The notes under the pieces were generated by a model, which was not told the DNA's origin, did not search any database, and saw only the letters and a program-made list of their open reading frames with translations. Positions 13,242 to 22,615 of a DNA stretch of 64,000 nucleotides are shown piece by piece. The stretch lies in assembly GCA_963728915.1 (NCBI GenBank), contig CAVSLV010000001.1:928001-992000 (forward strand), read 5' to 3'. Origin of the DNA: an uncultured Gemmatimonadales bacterium (GTDB lineage Bacteria; Gemmatimonadota; Gemmatimonadetes; Gemmatimonadales; GWC2-71-9). The translations under genes and the position numbers were made by a program. Numbering within the stretch: position 1 is the first letter of the stretch; every line of letters starts with the position of its first letter.

Positions 13242-13505
13242 TCATCCCCCCGCGAGGGGCGGGAGCAAGGCGACCTCATCGGAGGGATTCACCGCGGCGT
13301 CCGCCCTCACCTGCTGCCGGTTGACCGCTACCAGCGCAGTCCGGGTGATGGCGGAACCGCCGGGGAGCTGCCTGATTCGGTCCAGCACGTCCGCGACCGT
13401 GCGGATGCCCTCCATGGGAAGCTCGAGGTGGTCGGTCCCGAGCAGCTCCGCGTAACGAGCGAACAACCGTACGGTCAGCAGGGTAGTGGATGAGGCTGTG
13501 GGCAT
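13242..13505 (-). CDS. moaD: Molybdopterin synthase sulfur carrier
   Basis: Small ubiquitin-like protein ending DEVALLPPLAGG; adjacent to moaE. Confidence 0.92.
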   Translation of the reverse strand: MPTASSTTLLTVRLFARYAELLGTDHLELPMEGIRTVADVLDRIRQLPGGSAITRTALVAVNRQQVRADAAVNPSDEVALLPPLAGG

Positions 13506-13582
13506 CGATTCTGAAAATAGCGCGGCCCGGCTGGCGCCGGGCCGCTTCTCGTTCTGACCTGCTGAGCCTCTGCCGTCTGAGA

Positions 13583-13921
13583 TCAGCTCGCCGCCTGATC
13601 CGGTTCTTCGGGCTCCGCGGCGAACGGCTCGTCGGCGACCAGAGCTCGCAACTCCTTGCTGGGTTTGAACACCGGCACCGGGCGAGCCGCCACCTCGACG
13701 GGCTCACCAGTTCTCGGATTGCGGGCCATCCGGGTCTTGCGGCGCCGGATCTTGAAGGTGCCGAACCCGCGGACTTCGATGTTGTGCTGCTCCTTCAGGG
13801 CGTGCTTGATCGCGTCGAGGAACGAATCCACGACTCGGGCACAGTCCTTCTTGGAGATCAGGGGCCCGGAAGTACGGGCCATGGCTGCGGTTACCTGCTC
13901 GACGAGATCCGCCTTCGTCAT
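13583..13921 (-). CDS. HU/IHF family DNA-binding protein
   Basis: MTKADLV, IEVRGFGTF, ARNPRTGE, FKPSKEL. Confidence 0.94.
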   Translation of the reverse strand: MTKADLVEQVTAAMARTSGPLISKKDCARVVDSFLDAIKHALKEQHNIEVRGFGTFKIRRRKTRMARNPRTGEPVEVAARPVPVFKPSKELRALVADEPFAAEPEEPDQAAS

Positions 13922-13982
13922 GATCCCCCCAGTCGGGTCACCGGTCTGGACTGCCTCACGGGAGGAGGCGTCCATTCGCTTT

Positions 13983-14011
13983 ACAGTATGAGCTTACCTG
14001 TTGTCTGTCAA
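13983..14011 (-). promoter_or_regulatory. Candidate sigma70 promoter for the HU/IHF gene
   Basis: Minus strand TTGACA-17 nt-TACTGT, overlapping the carA stop codon. Confidence 0.6.
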
Positions 14012-15150
14012 GAGTTTGCGGGCTTTGAGCCTGCCCGGGCCGTCATCAGCTCCAGAAACTCGTGGAAATGCGGGTAGGCGTCATGGGGTCCCGGAGCCGC
14101 CTCTGGGTGATACTGCACGGCGAACACCGGAAGTGCTTTGTGGCGAAGACCTTCCACCGTTCCGTCGTTCAGATTGAGGTGCGTGACCTCCAAATCCGGG
14201 GCGCCGGGTATTCCTTCGGGGCCTCCCTGGACCGCAAATCCATGATTCTGGGTGGTGATCAGGACTCGACCAGAAGCGAGATCCTTCACCGGATGGTTAC
14301 CACCCCGATGTCCGTAGGGCATCTTGGCGGTGTGGCCACCGAAGGCCAGGCCGAGGAGCTGGTGGCCCAGACAAATCCCGAACGTCGGGTATCCACCCCC
14401 CGCCAGCTCCCGGATATGTTCGATGGCATACCCGATGGCGGCCGGATCGCCCGGACCATTGGAAAGGAAGATCCCGTCCGGCGCGAGGGCGCGGATGTCC
14501 TCCGGGGTGGTCGTGCAGGGAACCACCGTCACCCGGCACCCCGCCTGCGCCAGCATTCGGACGATGTTGCGCTTCATGCCGAAATCGATGGCCACCACGT
14601 GGGGTCCGTCGGTCCCATCTCGCCAGGGACGTTTGACCGACGCCTTCGAAGCGAGATCCAGCCCCTCCATGGAGGGCCACCGGACCAGCTCCTCGCGGAC
14701 GGCGGGACCGGGCTCGTCTCCCCGGCCGATGACGCCCCGCATCGCCCCTCGAGACCGGATATGCCGGGTTAGGCGACGCGTATCGACGCCTTCGATGATC
14801 GGGATCTTCCACTGGTCCAGCCAATCCGCCAGGGTGCCCCGTGAGCGCCAGTTGGACGCGGTGCGGGAAAGCTCTCGTACCACGACCCCGCTGACCTGGG
14901 GCCGCTCCGATTCGGGATCCTCGTCGTTCACACCGTAGTTCCCGATCATCGGGGCGGTCATGACCACGATCTGGCCGAGGTAGCTCGGATCGGTGAACGT
15001 TTCCTGGTAGCCGGTCAGGTTGGTGGTGAATACCACCTCGCCAAATCCGGAGTCACCCCGATGTCCAAGGGTTCCGGGGAACCAGGTGCCGTCTTCGAGG
15101 AGTACGAAACCGGGCTGCACCGGCTGAGGAGTATGCCGGGGGCCGGACAC
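14008..15150 (-). CDS. carA: Carbamoyl-phosphate synthase small subunit
   Basis: GEVVFTT..GYQE..TDPSY, SNGPGDP, GICLGHQ, QYHPEA.PGPHD. Confidence 0.96.
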   Translation of the reverse strand: MSGPRHTPQPVQPGFVLLEDGTWFPGTLGHRGDSGFGEVVFTTNLTGYQETFTDPSYLGQIVVMTAPMIGNYGVNDEDPESERPQVSGVVVRELSRTASNWRSRGTLADWLDQWKIPIIEGVDTRRLTRHIRSRGAMRGVIGRGDEPGPAVREELVRWPSMEGLDLASKASVKRPWRDGTDGPHVVAIDFGMKRNIVRMLAQAGCRVTVVPCTTTPEDIRALAPDGIFLSNGPGDPAAIGYAIEHIRELAGGGYPTFGICLGHQLLGLAFGGHTAKMPYGHRGGNHPVKDLASGRVLITTQNHGFAVQGGPEGIPGAPDLEVTHLNLNDGTVEGLRHKALPVFAVQYHPEAAPGPHDAYPHFHEFLELMTARAGSKPANS

Positions 15151-15155
15151 CCGCC

Positions 15156-15530
15156 CTATTTGCCTGGGGGGGTAGTCGGCGCGGGAGGCGGAGACGCATT
15201 CCCGGCCGGAGGAGTGGTCTGGAGCGGGGCCTGAGGGGCCGGCTGCTGCGTCGGAACCTGCTGCCTGAGCTGCTGCTGAACCCCGGTCTGGCCGGTGCTG
15301 CGATGAGAAGCCGACACCGAGAGAATGAGCGCCAGGAACATGAACAGACCGCCGGTGACCCAGCTGGCCTTGTGCAGGATGGTGACCGCCTGACGCCCGC
15401 CCAGAACGAGATCCGCGGTTCCTCCTCCCAGGGAAGCGAGCCCACCGCCCTGCCCCGATTGGAGCAGAACCACCACGGCCAGAACAAGGCCGTCGAGAAT
15501 GAGCACCGTGAGCAGGAGGTTGTAAAGCAT
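15156..15530 (-). CDS. secG: Preprotein translocase subunit SecG
   Basis: Two TM segments around VLLQSGQGGGL; near tpiA. Confidence 0.9.
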   Translation of the reverse strand: MLYNLLLTVLILDGLVLAVVVLLQSGQGGGLASLGGGTADLVLGGRQAVTILHKASWVTGGLFMFLALILSVSASHRSTGQTGVQQQLRQQVPTQQPAPQAPLQTTPPAGNASPPPAPTTPPGK

Positions 15531-15558
15531 CGGCGGAAGTCTAATCTACTGTTCTGTC

Positions 15559-15771
15559 ATGGCCAAACCAACGAATCCCGGTCTCTGTGCATCCTGCGTC
15601 CACGCTCGGCGCCTTGTGAGTCGGAAGGGCTCGACCTTCTGGCTCTGCCAGCTTTCGGAAACCGATTCTGCCTTCCCCAGATACCCCTCCCTTCCCGTGC
15701 TCGCGTGCTCGGGCTATCAGGCAGGCCCGGGGGAGGAGCGAGCCGCCGTCCCAACTAACCGTTCCAGGTGA
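15559..15771 (+). CDS. Small four-cysteine hypothetical protein
   Basis: 70 aa; GLCASCVHAR...FWLC...FPRYPSLPVLACSGY; fills the gap between secG and the MBL gene. Confidence 0.65.
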   Translation: MAKPTNPGLCASCVHARRLVSRKGSTFWLCQLSETDSAFPRYPSLPVLACSGYQAGPGEERAAVPTNRSR

Positions 15772-16339
15772 GCGCATAGATCCCGCCGTGGCCTGGATGG
15801 ACACGCTTCGCGCCGCGGGTCCAGAGCGACTGCCAGCTCCTGGCCGCCACCGAGTCCTCGCCGATCAGGATTCGTGGGGTCAGGTCCCCGGTGAATACCG
15901 ATCCATCGTCGAGCAGCAAGGAAACGCTGTCGTCGGAGTGACCCGGCGTCGGCAGGATCTCCCCGGCCAGTCCGATCGACCCAAGGACCTCCCGGCTCTG
16001 CTCGAAGGAAATGCAGGTATTCCCCATCGCCCCGACCCGAAGCAGCCCGTCACGCACGAATCTCGAGGGCTCCTCGGTGGCCGCGAGCTGCGTTTCCAGC
16101 ACGAGGAGCGATATGCCGGCCTCCTTGAGCTCGCGCGCCAGCCCTGCGTGATCGGGGTGATAGTGAGTGGCCAGCGCGAATCCGATTTCACCGAGGGGCA
16201 CGTCCATTCGGCGAAGATTGGCCTGCATCCTCCCGAGCGAGCCCGGCCACCCCAGGTCCACGAGGAGCCGCGAGCGACCAGCGCTCACCACCCAGTAATT
16301 GGTGGAGCGGTACCCGACATTGAGGATGGTGGGAGTCAG
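15755..16339 (-). CDS. MBL-fold metallo-hydrolase
   Basis: THYHPDH, TPGHSDDS, FTGD, HPGHG. Apparent start is CTG overlapping the tpiA stop. Confidence 0.85.
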   Translation of the reverse strand: MTPTILNVGYRSTNYWVVSAGRSRLLVDLGWPGSLGRMQANLRRMDVPLGEIGFALATHYHPDHAGLARELKEAGISLLVLETQLAATEEPSRFVRDGLLRVGAMGNTCISFEQSREVLGSIGLAGEILPTPGHSDDSVSLLLDDGSVFTGDLTPRILIGEDSVAARSWQSLWTRGAKRVHPGHGGIYALTWNG

Positions 16340-17082
16340 GAGGCTTGGCAGATCCTCGCCCACCCGAGGGGGTCGAGACTGGCTCCGCCGACCAGCACCC
16401 CTTCGATTTCCGGCTCGCTCAGGAGGCCGTTCACATTCCCCTGGTTCACCGAACCGCCGTAGAGAATCGGAACTCCACGGGCACCGCGTTCGCGCAGCAA
16501 CCGGCGAAGGCCCGCGTGGACCTGGGCCGCGTCGGACGGCGTCGCGTTCTTCCCGGTGCCGATGGCCCAGACCGGCTCGTACGCCAGCACCAGGGTCGCG
16601 AGGCCGGAAGGATCCACTCCCTCGATCGCGGCCAGTAGCTGGCGCCGCACCACGGCGGCGGTCTCCCCCCGGACGCGCTCGTCCAGCTTTTCTCCGACGC
16701 ATAACACGGGAATCAGCTGTTCCCGGAGGGCCGCCCGGAGCTTGAGCCCGGTTTCCGCCTCGGTCTCCCCGAACCCGTGGCGCCGTTCCGAATGCCCGAT
16801 CAGCGCCGCTCCCGCCCCTGCGGCGCGCGCGAGCGAGGCGGAGACCGCCCCGGTGAAGGCGCCCTTGGGCTCCCAGTAGATGTCCTGCGCGCCGACCAGC
16901 CCGTTCGGTAGCCCGGCAAACGCCTGAGCGGCGGCTTCCAGACTCACCGCCGGCGGGAAGAACCAGGTTCGCCGCGGCGGGTCCGGGGCGAAGGATTCCC
17001 GGAAACGAGCCGCGTAATCCCGGGCTTCGCCGGGGCCCAGGTGCATTTTCCAGTTGGCGGCAAAGAGGAGGGGGCGACTCAC
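16336..17082 (-). CDS. tpiA: Triosephosphate isomerase
   Basis: ANWKM, GHSERR, AYEPVWAIGTG, YGGSV, LVGGASL. Confidence 0.97.
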   Translation of the reverse strand: MSRPLLFAANWKMHLGPGEARDYAARFRESFAPDPPRRTWFFPPAVSLEAAAQAFAGLPNGLVGAQDIYWEPKGAFTGAVSASLARAAGAGAALIGHSERRHGFGETEAETGLKLRAALREQLIPVLCVGEKLDERVRGETAAVVRRQLLAAIEGVDPSGLATLVLAYEPVWAIGTGKNATPSDAAQVHAGLRRLLRERGARGVPILYGGSVNQGNVNGLLSEPEIEGVLVGGASLDPLGWARICQAS

Positions 17083-18269
17083 GCGTCGTCGAGCGCCGCC
17101 ACCCCGGGAAGGGTTTTCCCTTCGAGGAACTCGAGCGCCGCGCCGCCCCCGGTGGAGACGTGGGACATCCGGTCCGCCAGTCCCATTTCCGTGACGGCGG
17201 CCGCGGAATCCCCGCCACCTACGATGGTCACCGTGCCCCGATCGGTCGCCTCCGCCATGGCGATCGCGATGCTGCGGGTCCCCGCATCGAAGGGCGGCGT
17301 TTCGAACACCCCCATCGGGCCGTTCCAGAGCGCGGTTCCGGCTTCGCGAATCAGGCGCCCGAACTCCCTGGCGGTGTTCGGGTCGATGTCATACACCGCG
17401 AAGGAAGCGGGAATCCTGGCGCGGGGCACCGCCATCGAGGTCACCGCTTCGAGCAGATCGGGCGCAATGACGCACCCCGATGGCAGCACGAGGCGATCGC
17501 CGCCCTGCTGCATCAGACGCCGCGCGACCTCGAGGCGATCGTCCTCCACCAGGGACTTCCCCACTTCGAGCCCCATGGCCTTGAAGAAGGTGCACGCCAT
17601 CGCCCCACCGATCAGGATCTTGTCCACCCGGGGGAGGAGCTGATCGATCAGCTCGATCTTGCCGCTCACCTTGGCTCCCCCCAGGATGGCGACAAAGGGG
17701 CGCTTGGGATCGTGGAGCGCCTGGCCCAGATAGCGGAGCTCCTTTTCGAGAAGGAACCCCGCGACGGCCGGCTTGAGCAGGTGGGCCACGGCTTCGGTGC
17801 TCGCATGGGCCCGGTGCGCCGATCCGAAGGCGTCATCGATGTACAGGTCTCCGAGCGCCGCGAACCGCCGGGCGAGCTCCTGGTCGTTGGCTTCCTCTCC
17901 GGGATAGAAGCGGGTGTTTTCCGCGAGGGCAACGCCACCTCGAGCGAGCCGTCGGGTTTGGGTGACCGCCGCATCCGAATCGGGGTGCTCGAGAAAGCTG
18001 ACCGGCGCACCCAGGAGCTCCTCCAGCCGCCGGGCCACCGGCTTGAGCGAGAACTGGGGATCCGGCTGGCCCTGCGGACGCCCGAGATGCGACAGCAGAA
18101 TGACCCGGGCTCCCTTCCCGCGGAGGAACTCGATGGTGGGAAGGGAGGCGCGGATCCGGGTGTCGTCGCCCACCGCGCCGCGCTTGATCGGCACGTTGAA
18201 ATCCACCCGTACCAGAGCCCGCTGTCCGTCGAGTCGGGACCCGTCGAGCGCCGCGAGGCTGCGCTTCAT
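17079..18269 (-). CDS. pgk: Phosphoglycerate kinase
   Basis: RVDFNVP, SHLGRP, WNGPMGVFE, STGGGA. Confidence 0.97.
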   Translation of the reverse strand: MKRSLAALDGSRLDGQRALVRVDFNVPIKRGAVGDDTRIRASLPTIEFLRGKGARVILLSHLGRPQGQPDPQFSLKPVARRLEELLGAPVSFLEHPDSDAAVTQTRRLARGGVALAENTRFYPGEEANDQELARRFAALGDLYIDDAFGSAHRAHASTEAVAHLLKPAVAGFLLEKELRYLGQALHDPKRPFVAILGGAKVSGKIELIDQLLPRVDKILIGGAMACTFFKAMGLEVGKSLVEDDRLEVARRLMQQGGDRLVLPSGCVIAPDLLEAVTSMAVPRARIPASFAVYDIDPNTAREFGRLIREAGTALWNGPMGVFETPPFDAGTRSIAIAMAEATDRGTVTIVGGGDSAAAVTEMGLADRMSHVSTGGGAALEFLEGKTLPGVAALDDA

Positions 18270-19279
18270 CCGTCGCGGATTCCCAGATACCGAAGCAGAT
18301 CGAGGCAGCGGGCCGAGTAGCCCATTTCGTTGTCATACCAGCTCGAAACGTGCAGGAGCGTCCCGCCGATCACGTTCGTGAGGGCGAGGTCGACCGTGCT
18401 CGACATGAGGTTGCCGATGAAATCGGTCGACACCAGCGGTTCGTCGCAGACATCGAGCACACCCCTCAGATCGCCGGCCGAGGCGACCCGGAACGCCTGA
18501 TTGACCGCTGCGATGGTGGTTGGCTGCTCGACCACGCAGGTGAGGTCCATCAGCGAGACGTCCGGAACGGGAACCCGGAACGCCACCCCGTCAATCCGTC
18601 CCTTGAGCTCCGGGATAACGATCGAGGTCGCCTTGGCCGCGCCGGAGGTCGTTGGAATGATCGACATGGCGGCGGCGCGGGCCCGGCGCAGATCCTTGTG
18701 GGGAAGATCGAGGATCTGCTGATCGTTGGTGTAGGCATGGATCGTCGACATGAAGCCATGCGCCATGCCGAAGCTGTCCTGGATGACCTTGACGACGGGC
18801 ACCAGACCGTTGGTGGTGCAGCTCGCGTTGGAAAGGATGTGATGCGTGTCGGGATCGTAGGCGGTGTGGTTCACGCCGTACACGACCGTCAGGTCTTCTC
18901 CCTTGGCCGGTGCAGAGATCACCACCTTGCGCGCCCCCGCCTTCAAGTGCTTGGCGGCGGACTCCCGATCGGTAAACCGCCCGGTGGATTCCAGGACAAA
19001 ATCGATCTGCAACGATTTCCAGGGAAGCTGGCCGGGATCTTTTTCGGAAAGAACCTTGAGCACCTTGCCGTTGACGTGGATGCCGTCGGGGGCGGGCTCG
19101 ACCTGCCCCGGGAACGCCCCATGCACCGAATCGTGGCGGAGCAGATGGGCCAGGGTCTTGGTGTCGGTGAGATCGTTCACCGCGACGATCTCGAGATCGC
19201 CCGGGCCGGACAGGGCCGCGACCCGCAAGAAGTTCCGTCCGATGCGACCGAAGCCGTTGATGGCGATCCGTTTCGACAT
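18266..19279 (-). CDS. gap: Type I glyceraldehyde-3-phosphate dehydrogenase
   Basis: INGFGRIGR, SNASCTTN, WYDNE. Confidence 0.97.
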   Translation of the reverse strand: MSKRIAINGFGRIGRNFLRVAALSGPGDLEIVAVNDLTDTKTLAHLLRHDSVHGAFPGQVEPAPDGIHVNGKVLKVLSEKDPGQLPWKSLQIDFVLESTGRFTDRESAAKHLKAGARKVVISAPAKGEDLTVVYGVNHTAYDPDTHHILSNASCTTNGLVPVVKVIQDSFGMAHGFMSTIHAYTNDQQILDLPHKDLRRARAAAMSIIPTTSGAAKATSIVIPELKGRIDGVAFRVPVPDVSLMDLTCVVEQPTTIAAVNQAFRVASAGDLRGVLDVCDEPLVSTDFIGNLMSSTVDLALTNVIGGTLLHVSSWYDNEMGYSARCLDLLRYLGIRDG

Positions 19280-19293
19280 GGGGACTCCGGAGC

Positions 19294-20058
19294 TCAGCGT
19301 GGTGGCAACATCGTCTGTGCCTCGGCCAGAGGACGAACCGCTCGCGCGAAAGTCACACCGGCCACCGACTTCGCCCCGGCCCCGAGCAGCGCGTTGGCGG
19401 CTTCGGCCAGGGTGGCGCCGGTGGTGAACACGTCGTCCACCAGCACCGGGTTGGCTGGTGCAGGCTCCCGCGCGGCAAAGGCTCCCGCGAGATTGGCGCG
19501 TCGGGCCTCGGGCGTCAGCGCGGTTTGCGTCCCGGTTTCCCGACCGCGCCGCAGCGCTGACCTGACCCGCACGCCGAGCCGTTGTCCCAGCGCTTCGGCG
19601 ATCACGGCGCTCTGATTATAACCCCGGGTTCGTTCCCGACCAGCACTCAGTGGGATCGGCACCAGCGTGACATCCCGGGGAAGCGGAAGGGCCTGTTGCA
19701 GCACCATGGCGAGCGTTTCACCTACCCGCCACCAGCCCTCGTATTTCAGCAGATGGATCGCGCGACGGGCTCCCCCGTCAAGCCAGACCGCGCTGCGGAC
19801 GGAGGTCAACGCCCCGGGCCAATCGAGACAAAGCCGGCAGGCTATCCCGGGTGTGAGCGGCTGGCCGCAGCGAACGCACTGGGGAAATGGGAGCGGACTG
19901 AATCGGCTGATGCAGCCTCGACAGACCAGGGGCTCGTCACCGGAATCCGCCGGCGCGACGGGCGCTCCGCACAAGAGACAGGCTCCGGGCAACAGCCAGC
20001 GTTCCACACCGGCCAGCAGCGAGCCAGCTTCACTCCAGCGCTGCGCGAACCACGGCAT
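19294..20058 (-). CDS. comF: ComF family protein (double zinc ribbon plus PRTase)
   Basis: N-terminal CxxC pairs, RGYNQS, LVDDVFTTGAT. Confidence 0.88.
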   Translation of the reverse strand: MPWFAQRWSEAGSLLAGVERWLLPGACLLCGAPVAPADSGDEPLVCRGCISRFSPLPFPQCVRCGQPLTPGIACRLCLDWPGALTSVRSAVWLDGGARRAIHLLKYEGWWRVGETLAMVLQQALPLPRDVTLVPIPLSAGRERTRGYNQSAVIAEALGQRLGVRVRSALRRGRETGTQTALTPEARRANLAGAFAAREPAPANPVLVDDVFTTGATLAEAANALLGAGAKSVAGVTFARAVRPLAEAQTMLPPR

Positions 20059-20833
20059 GCATCACCTCGCGGGGCGCGGATGCGCCGGGGAACCAGCGCT
20101 CGAAGGAGGCAGCGCCCTGTTCGACCAGGACGATTCGGCCATCCGCAGCACAAGCGCCCCGCTCCCGGAGCAGGCGGACCCATCGGGTCTCTCCCCTCCG
20201 GTAGACCAGGTCGAGCGCAACGGAGCCCGGAGCCACGAGCTCCGGGGGCAGCGGCAGAGGGTCCGATGGATCGAGTCCCAGGGGCGTACAGTTGATCACC
20301 ACATCACAGTCCTCCGCCGCGACGACGGGGAGATCCAGCTCACGGGCCTGGGCGAGGAGCCTGGAGGCCTGCTCCGGGCTTCTGGATCGGACCGCGACTC
20401 CTGCCCCGGCCCGTTTCGCCGCACAGAGAGCGGCCTGGGCACTGCCGCCGGTCCCGAGGAGGAGCCATTTCCCGTTCCGGACGCCGAGCTTCATCAGCCC
20501 GGACAGAATACCGTGGCTGTCGGTCTCGGCTCCGGTGATCCCCGATTCCGATCCCCAGAAAGTGTTGCAGACCTGGAGCCGGGGCCCGCCCAGTCTGGTC
20601 AGCTCGGCGGCAGCCCTCGCTTTGTGGGGAATCGTGACGTTGCCGCCACCTCCCTGCCGAACGAGGGTGGCCATGAGAGGCCCGATCGATTCGCTTTCGC
20701 AGCGGAGGGCGACGTAGACGGCATCGAGACCGAGCGCCCGGAAGGCCGCGTTGTGCATGGCAGGAGACAACGAATGGGACACCGGATCACCCAGCAGCGC
20801 GAAGACACGACTCTTGGCCCCGATCTCCATCAA
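20030..20833 (-). CDS. aroE: Shikimate dehydrogenase
   Basis: GDPVSHSLSPAMHN, NVTIPHK, INCTPLG, DLVY. Confidence 0.9.
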   Translation of the reverse strand: MMEIGAKSRVFALLGDPVSHSLSPAMHNAAFRALGLDAVYVALRCESESIGPLMATLVRQGGGGNVTIPHKARAAAELTRLGGPRLQVCNTFWGSESGITGAETDSHGILSGLMKLGVRNGKWLLLGTGGSAQAALCAAKRAGAGVAVRSRSPEQASRLLAQARELDLPVVAAEDCDVVINCTPLGLDPSDPLPLPPELVAPGSVALDLVYRRGETRWVRLLRERGACAADGRIVLVEQGAASFERWFPGASAPREVMHAVVRAALE

Positions 20834-21285
20834 ACACCCCCTCCGAGACGGCGCACGACGGCCGGCAGGATCCCGTTCAAATCACGGAAGGTCTCCCGAT
20901 ACGAATCGAGGTCAGTGCCATAGGGATCCCGGATTTCGCTCCCGCTGGGGCCACGACCGGCAAACTCGCCCACCAAGTGAGCCCGGGCACCGCCCCCGAG
21001 CTCCCGGATCCGGGCGAGCTGGGCACGGCCCATGGCGAGAATGAGGTCGGCGCCATCCACCATTCCCCGAGTGAGCTGCCTGGCCCGGTGGGTGGACAGG
21101 TCGTAGCCCCGCTCCAGCATGACGAGAAGCGCGCCTTCGGACGCCGCCGCCCCTTCCCACGCACCAATCCCCGCCGAGGACACCTCGATGCCTTTGAGAC
21201 CCGCGTCCGTCACGGCCTTTGCAAGCATGGCCTCGGCCATGGGGCTCCGGCAGGTATTGCCGGTACAGACGATCAGCACCCTCAT
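20830..21285 (-). CDS. Low-molecular-weight protein phosphatase (YwlE-like P-loop)
   Basis: VCTGNTCRSPMAE, SAG, IRDPYG. Confidence 0.9.
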   Translation of the reverse strand: MRVLIVCTGNTCRSPMAEAMLAKAVTDAGLKGIEVSSAGIGAWEGAAASEGALLVMLERGYDLSTHRARQLTRGMVDGADLILAMGRAQLARIRELGGGARAHLVGEFAGRGPSGSEIRDPYGTDLDSYRETFRDLNGILPAVVRRLGGGV

Positions 21286-21932
21286 GGAGCGAGTCTCCCT
21301 ACCGCTTTGCGCAACTCGGCGCGCGGGAGCGCGCCTTCCCGGACCAGACGCGCCGCCGATGTGGTGCAGTCAACGATGGTCGAGGGCGGCACGTTCCCCA
21401 GGATTCCCCCATCCAGGACCAGCAACTTGCCGGCATCGTAGGCCGCCTGAAAGAGTTGCACGAGCTGTTCAGCGCCGGCCGCGGGCGCCTGTCCCGGGCG
21501 ATTGGCGGACGTCGAGGTCAACGGCTGATCCAGCATTTCGATCAAACGCGCCACCCCGCGATGCGAGGTGTGCCGCACCGCGATACCTCCTTCCGGTCCC
21601 CGGAGCCGGTCGGGCAGGCGCCCTTCCCCGCCCTTGAGCACGAGGGTGAGCGGGCCGGGCCAGAATGCCTTCGCCAGCGCATCCGCCGCGCGGGTGAAGA
21701 CCAGTCCGTTTCGATCAGCCATGGCATGGCTCGATACGAGGAGAAGAAAAGGTTTGCCGGAAGGCCGTCCCTTGAGATTGGCGAGCCGTTCGAGGGACTC
21801 GGTGTCCGCGGCGCATCCCAGCCCGTAGACCGTCTCGGTCGGATACCCCAGGAGTCCGTGCTGGGCGAGATGGGCGCGCACCGGGGCGGCCACCGCGACG
21901 GCATCCTCCGGGGTGCGAAAAGCAAGCATCAT
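21282..21932 (-). CDS. tsaC: L-threonylcarbamoyladenylate synthase (Sua5/YrdC family)
   Basis: YPTETVYGLG, KGR, WPGPLTL, STSAN, STIVD. Confidence 0.92.
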   Translation of the reverse strand: MMLAFRTPEDAVAVAAPVRAHLAQHGLLGYPTETVYGLGCAADTESLERLANLKGRPSGKPFLLLVSSHAMADRNGLVFTRAADALAKAFWPGPLTLVLKGGEGRLPDRLRGPEGGIAVRHTSHRGVARLIEMLDQPLTSTSANRPGQAPAAGAEQLVQLFQAAYDAGKLLVLDGGILGNVPPSTIVDCTTSAARLVREGALPRAELRKAVGRLAP

Positions 21933-22615
21933 GCTGAGGTGAGCGCGAGCGCTTCCGCAATACGAAGTTCGTCTTCGCTCGTAATCTTCAGGTTCGTCGC
22001 CGAATCGGGCACGATGAGCACCTGCTCCCCCATCTGCTCGACCATCTGTGCTTCGTCGGTCGGGGCTTGTCCATCGGCCGGCCGCAGGGAGAGCCCCCGT
22101 TGAAGCATCTCGCGCGGAAACCCCTGCGGCGTCTGGGCCCGCCAGAGCGCGGCACGGGGAATCGTTCGGAGCACCGAACCCTCCGCGGCCTCCTTCAAGG
22201 TGTCGAACAGCGGGATCGCCGCGATCGCCGCGGACCCGTTCCGGGCCGCTGCCATGACCGCGTCGATCACCTCCCGACTGGGAAACGGACGGGCGCCATC
22301 GTGAACGAGGACGACCGAGGACTCCGGGGCGAGCACGGCGAACCCCCGGGAAACCGATTCGGCACGGGTCGGTCCCCCGCCCACCAGGCGGAGTCGCTCG
22401 CCGGCAATCTCCCTGAGCCACGGGGGAGGTTGATCCATGGCCTCCGGCGGGATGACGACGGCAACTTCACGAACTGAGGGATGGGCCAGGAAGGGGCGAA
22501 CGGTTCGGAGCAGGACTGGCACGCCGGCAAGGAGGCAAAACTGTTTCGGGGTTGAGCCGCCGAGCCGTTCGCTCTTTCCCGCCGCGGCAATGATGACCCC
22601 AACATCAGGCCGCAA
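21929..22615 (-). CDS. ispD: 2-C-methyl-D-erythritol 4-phosphate cytidylyltransferase
   Basis: AAGKSERLG..KQF, VHDGARP, AQTPQGF, NLKIT. Confidence 0.94.
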   Translation of the reverse strand: MRPDVGVIIAAAGKSERLGGSTPKQFCLLAGVPVLLRTVRPFLAHPSVREVAVVIPPEAMDQPPPWLREIAGERLRLVGGGPTRAESVSRGFAVLAPESSVVLVHDGARPFPSREVIDAVMAAARNGSAAIAAIPLFDTLKEAAEGSVLRTIPRAALWRAQTPQGFPREMLQRGLSLRPADGQAPTDEAQMVEQMGEQVLIVPDSATNLKITSEDELRIAEALALTSA

